A stretch of 32,178 nt of DNA from Trichomonas gallinae (taxonomy: Eukaryota), in assembly GCA_008369845.1 (NCBI GenBank), contig MRSU01010857.1:1-32178 (forward strand), in the 5' to 3' direction. Below, in pieces: positions 29,761 through 32,178 of this stretch; the first letter of the stretch is position 1, and each line of letters begins with the position of its first letter. Both the position numbers and the translations under genes were made by a program. Under the pieces are notes generated by a model that saw only the letters and a list, made by a program, of their open reading frames with translations, had not been told where the DNA came from and did not search any database.

Positions 29761-30324
29761 TCAGCAGCAAGATTTCATTTTTGATTTGTCTGACGTCATG
29801 TCTATTACACCTTCATTATCTGGGACTTTATTAGCTTCTGTTAACACTTTTGCGCATTGAACAAATAAATCATCAACACCTTGACCAGTCTTTGCAGATA
29901 CGTAAATACAGGTAAGATCATGTTCTTTTGCCCAGTTTTCAACATCGTAGTCTTTGACTTCCTGAGGAAGATCAATTTTATTTGCAACAAGAATAATTGG
30001 AATATCAGGACATAACTCAACGTGCATCTTAGTGTACCAATAATTTAGATTTTCAAACGTTGGTATATCATTTATTGAAAAAACTAAAACAGCAAGTGCG
30101 GCTTCTTTTGTAAAAATTGGAACAAGGCTTCTAAATCTTTCCTGTCCTGCAGTATCCCAAATACTCATATCAACTCTTTTATCATCATATTCAACATAAA
30201 TTTGAGTTGCGCTTGCGCCAATAGTTGCCTGAATTTCTTCGTGGAAATCTCTCATGGCATAGCGATTAACTATTGATGTTTTGCCAACACCAGCATCGCC
30301 AATAAATATAACTTTTCTATTCAT
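29761..30324 (-). CDS. Rab family small GTPase (divergent)
   Basis: GDAGVGKT, ATIGA, IWDTAGQERFRSL, NKID, VSAKTG, C-terminal CC. ATG at 30324 lies downstream of an Inr (ORF-track start is GTG). Confidence 0.95.
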   Translation of the reverse strand: MNRKVIFIGDAGVGKTSIVNRYAMRDFHEEIQATIGASATQIYVEYDDKRVDMSIWDTAGQERFRSLVPIFTKEAALAVLVFSINDIPTFENLNYWYTKMHVELCPDIPIILVANKIDLPQEVKDYDVENWAKEHDLTCIYVSAKTGQGVDDLFVQCAKVLTEANKVPDNEGVIDMTSDKSKMKSCC

Positions 30325-30339
30325 TTTTATAATTGATAA

Positions 30340-30345
30340 AAGTGA
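30340..30345 (-). promoter_or_regulatory. Inr element TCACTT of second Rab gene
   Basis: GTCACTTTT, the same context as the first Rab gene, 15 nt upstream of ATG. Confidence 0.7.
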
Positions 30346-30754
30346 CACATTATGAATTTTTTAAAAAATTTCGTTTTTGGTCGTTTTTGGAATCTACATA
30401 AGGCAACACATCGTTTTTTCACAGAACTTTTTAATTTGATCAAAATTTTTCTTCTGGAAAGTTTATGACTACAGTTTATTGATCTAAATCACATACCAAA
30501 TGAAATAACTCGAGGATATTTTAGTATGGTACAGATGTATGGTAGTCAAAACTTAAAATTTTTGGTAACAAAATAATATTTTTACAATAATATTAAAAAT
30601 AATGTTGCTATAATGTATCTTGTTGCCTATATCCTTTCATTGATACTATACAAAAGCTCCTAATTAAGATGGTAAAATCAAATTGCAATGTTTTCGGCCC
30701 AGAAAGATGTATTAGGGTTAGATTTTAAAGTGATTTCGTTGAAAGATTTAAAAT

Positions 30755-32062
30755 TTAATCTTTCTTTTCTGTTTTCTTTCTTGGTGACAGTTGTTTGTAA
30801 ATAAATCCGATTATAATTAAGCAAATTTCAAGAATGAATGGTCCAAACTTTGTTCTTTTGAGGAATTCGAAATACAAATTTGCCCACAATAAATCCCAGC
30901 CTGCGCCTTGATAGTAATTGACACAATGTGTGAAAACACAATCTAAAATTATTGTGATTTTTGATCCAACAAGTTTTTCTAGAATTGGCGAGAACCATTT
31001 CAATCTCAAAGCATCTAAAATACTATTTCCAAACACAAACACTGCATATAAGTAATATCCTGGATAAAAACCGTGCCAATACGCAGAAGCAATAAATGTG
31101 CAGAATTTTGCAATATTTGATCCATATCCTAAAGTAAGCACTCTAACATGAACGTATTCTTTAAGGATGAAGTGCACTGAGTGATTCCACTCATTAATCA
31201 AACCTCCGAGGGTTCTTTTAGGGAAATAATATTCTGGTCTGAATGAGCGACAATATTCAGGATCAAATAACTTAGTTCTGTGTGCACCTTGAACTTTAAG
31301 CGTTGCTTCGCCGCCAAGCCAAGCGAAAATGTATCTTGATGTGTGGAAGAAAGAATAAAGAATGGAAATGATTATTTGTATGATGTAAGGATAAGTGTAC
31401 ATTGAATCTTGAATGATCATCTTCGTAGGAAAATAAACTAAACAAATTCCATAGAATGATCCAAATAAACAACTAAGCAAATACGGCTTTAAAGCTTGCC
31501 TTAAGTCTTCTTTGTCTTCTTCTGGTGTTGAATTCAGGTTCATCATCTCCATGAAAGAAGAAAATGGTAAGATCGGTCCTGTAAATAAGGCAGAAAAGCT
31601 AAATAAGTAAACTATGAAGTCGAAAAATGGTGGCGGTGCCTTTAGTGAAAGTTTAACCCAGTTTTCGCGCTTTGTATCTGTTCTTCCGTCATAAACATTA
31701 AAGATCGTCATGACTTGTCGAAGAGAAGTAAACATTACTAGGCCAGAAATGTCTGATTTCCAGTCGTTTATAGTACCAAGGCGGCGAAAATGTATATTAA
31801 AGAGAGATCCGAGTGGAATAATTAGTCCAAGTAAATTGTATGGATTTGGGATGTAAAACGTAAGATAAACGATTATATTTCCTGCTGCTACGGTTAAAAA
31901 GTCGGCGCCATATAAAATGTAACAAAAAATTAAGCATGTAATGATATGGAAAAGTTTTCTGTAAAGAGGATTTCTTAATTTCCGTGATATATAACCGTGT
32001 GGGAGTCCACCCAATATGTTGAGAACGAGGAAAATGTTATTAATCAATTGGGTTGAAGCCAT
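30755..32062 (-). CDS. MBOAT family membrane-bound O-acyltransferase (lysophospholipid acyltransferase-like)
   Basis: Multi-TM protein with FTGP, RYIFAW, EWN..VH..LKEYV and SAYWHGFYPGYY (catalytic His), and a Lys-rich C-terminus. ATG at 32062. Confidence 0.92.
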   Translation of the reverse strand: MASTQLINNIFLVLNILGGLPHGYISRKLRNPLYRKLFHIITCLIFCYILYGADFLTVAAGNIIVYLTFYIPNPYNLLGLIIPLGSLFNIHFRRLGTINDWKSDISGLVMFTSLRQVMTIFNVYDGRTDTKRENWVKLSLKAPPPFFDFIVYLFSFSALFTGPILPFSSFMEMMNLNSTPEEDKEDLRQALKPYLLSCLFGSFYGICLVYFPTKMIIQDSMYTYPYIIQIIISILYSFFHTSRYIFAWLGGEATLKVQGAHRTKLFDPEYCRSFRPEYYFPKRTLGGLINEWNHSVHFILKEYVHVRVLTLGYGSNIAKFCTFIASAYWHGFYPGYYLYAVFVFGNSILDALRLKWFSPILEKLVGSKITIILDCVFTHCVNYYQGAGWDLLWANLYFEFLKRTKFGPFILEICLIIIGFIYKQLSPRKKTEKKD

Positions 32063-32070
32063 CAAATAAA

Positions 32071-32076
32071 AAATGA
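32071..32076 (-). promoter_or_regulatory. Inr element TCATTT of MBOAT gene
   Basis: Inr consensus 8 nt upstream of ATG. Confidence 0.65.
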
Positions 32077-32084
32077 ATTTGAAT

Positions 32085-32104
32085 AAAAAATTAAAAAAGA
32101 AAAA
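32085..32104 (-). terminator. Pol III T-run terminators (T5, T6, T6) after tRNA-Gly
   Basis: A-runs on the + strand at 32100-32104, 32093-32098 and 32085-32090. Confidence 0.65.
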
Positions 32105-32108
32105 TTAT

Positions 32109-32178
32109 TGCACCGCCCGGGAATCGAACCCGGACCCCCACCTTGGCAAGGTGAAATTCTACCATTAGACCAGCGGTG
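32109..32178 (-). tRNA. trnG-GCC: tRNA-Gly(GCC), first base cut off by window edge
   Basis: Reverse complement is CACCGCTGGTCTAATGGTAGAATTTCACCTTGCCAAGGTGGGGGTCCGGGTTCGATTCCCGGGCGGTGCA. Shows an acceptor stem, D-loop GG, anticodon loop TTGCCAA, GTTCGATTC T-loop and discriminator A. Confidence 0.97.

Noticed and set aside
23248..32178. Mtq2, DUS and tRNA-Gly as a translation-related gene cluster
   Set aside because: Separated by unrelated genes on mixed strands; no evidence of co-regulation.
1..32178. Maverick/Polinton, Tc1/mariner or Mutator elements typical of T. vaginalis
   Set aside because: No transposase, integrase, PolB or packaging-ATPase ORFs and no long terminal inverted repeats were seen.

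Overview
AT-rich eukaryotic genomic DNA from a parabasalid, almost certainly Trichomonas (T. vaginalis-like). The basis is intronless genes with very short leaders and TCA(T/C)T(T/A) initiator elements, an initiator-binding-domain (IBD) protein, BspA-type LRR and Pmp-like surface proteins, two Rab GTPases and a PPP phosphatase. There are about 16 protein-coding loci and a tRNA-Gly(GCC) at the right edge. Several genes are disabled or damaged: a coiled-coil relic, an ankyrin relic, two BspA relics, a BspA ORF with no ATG and a frameshifted HemK2/Mtq2. No intact transposon, CRISPR array or rRNA was seen. Several ORF-track starts are TTG/GTG and were moved to ATG. Best leads: (1) an IBD transcription factor fused to an 18-Cys metallothionein-like tail, with a palindrome just upstream (candidate metal-sensing regulator); (2) a GAF-PDE pseudoenzyme; (3) an orphan protein with an N-terminal PIP box/degron behind an E2F-like site; (4) a three-copy BspA cluster whose relics share sequence absent from the central copy. 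All family calls come from motif recognition by eye; no searches were run.
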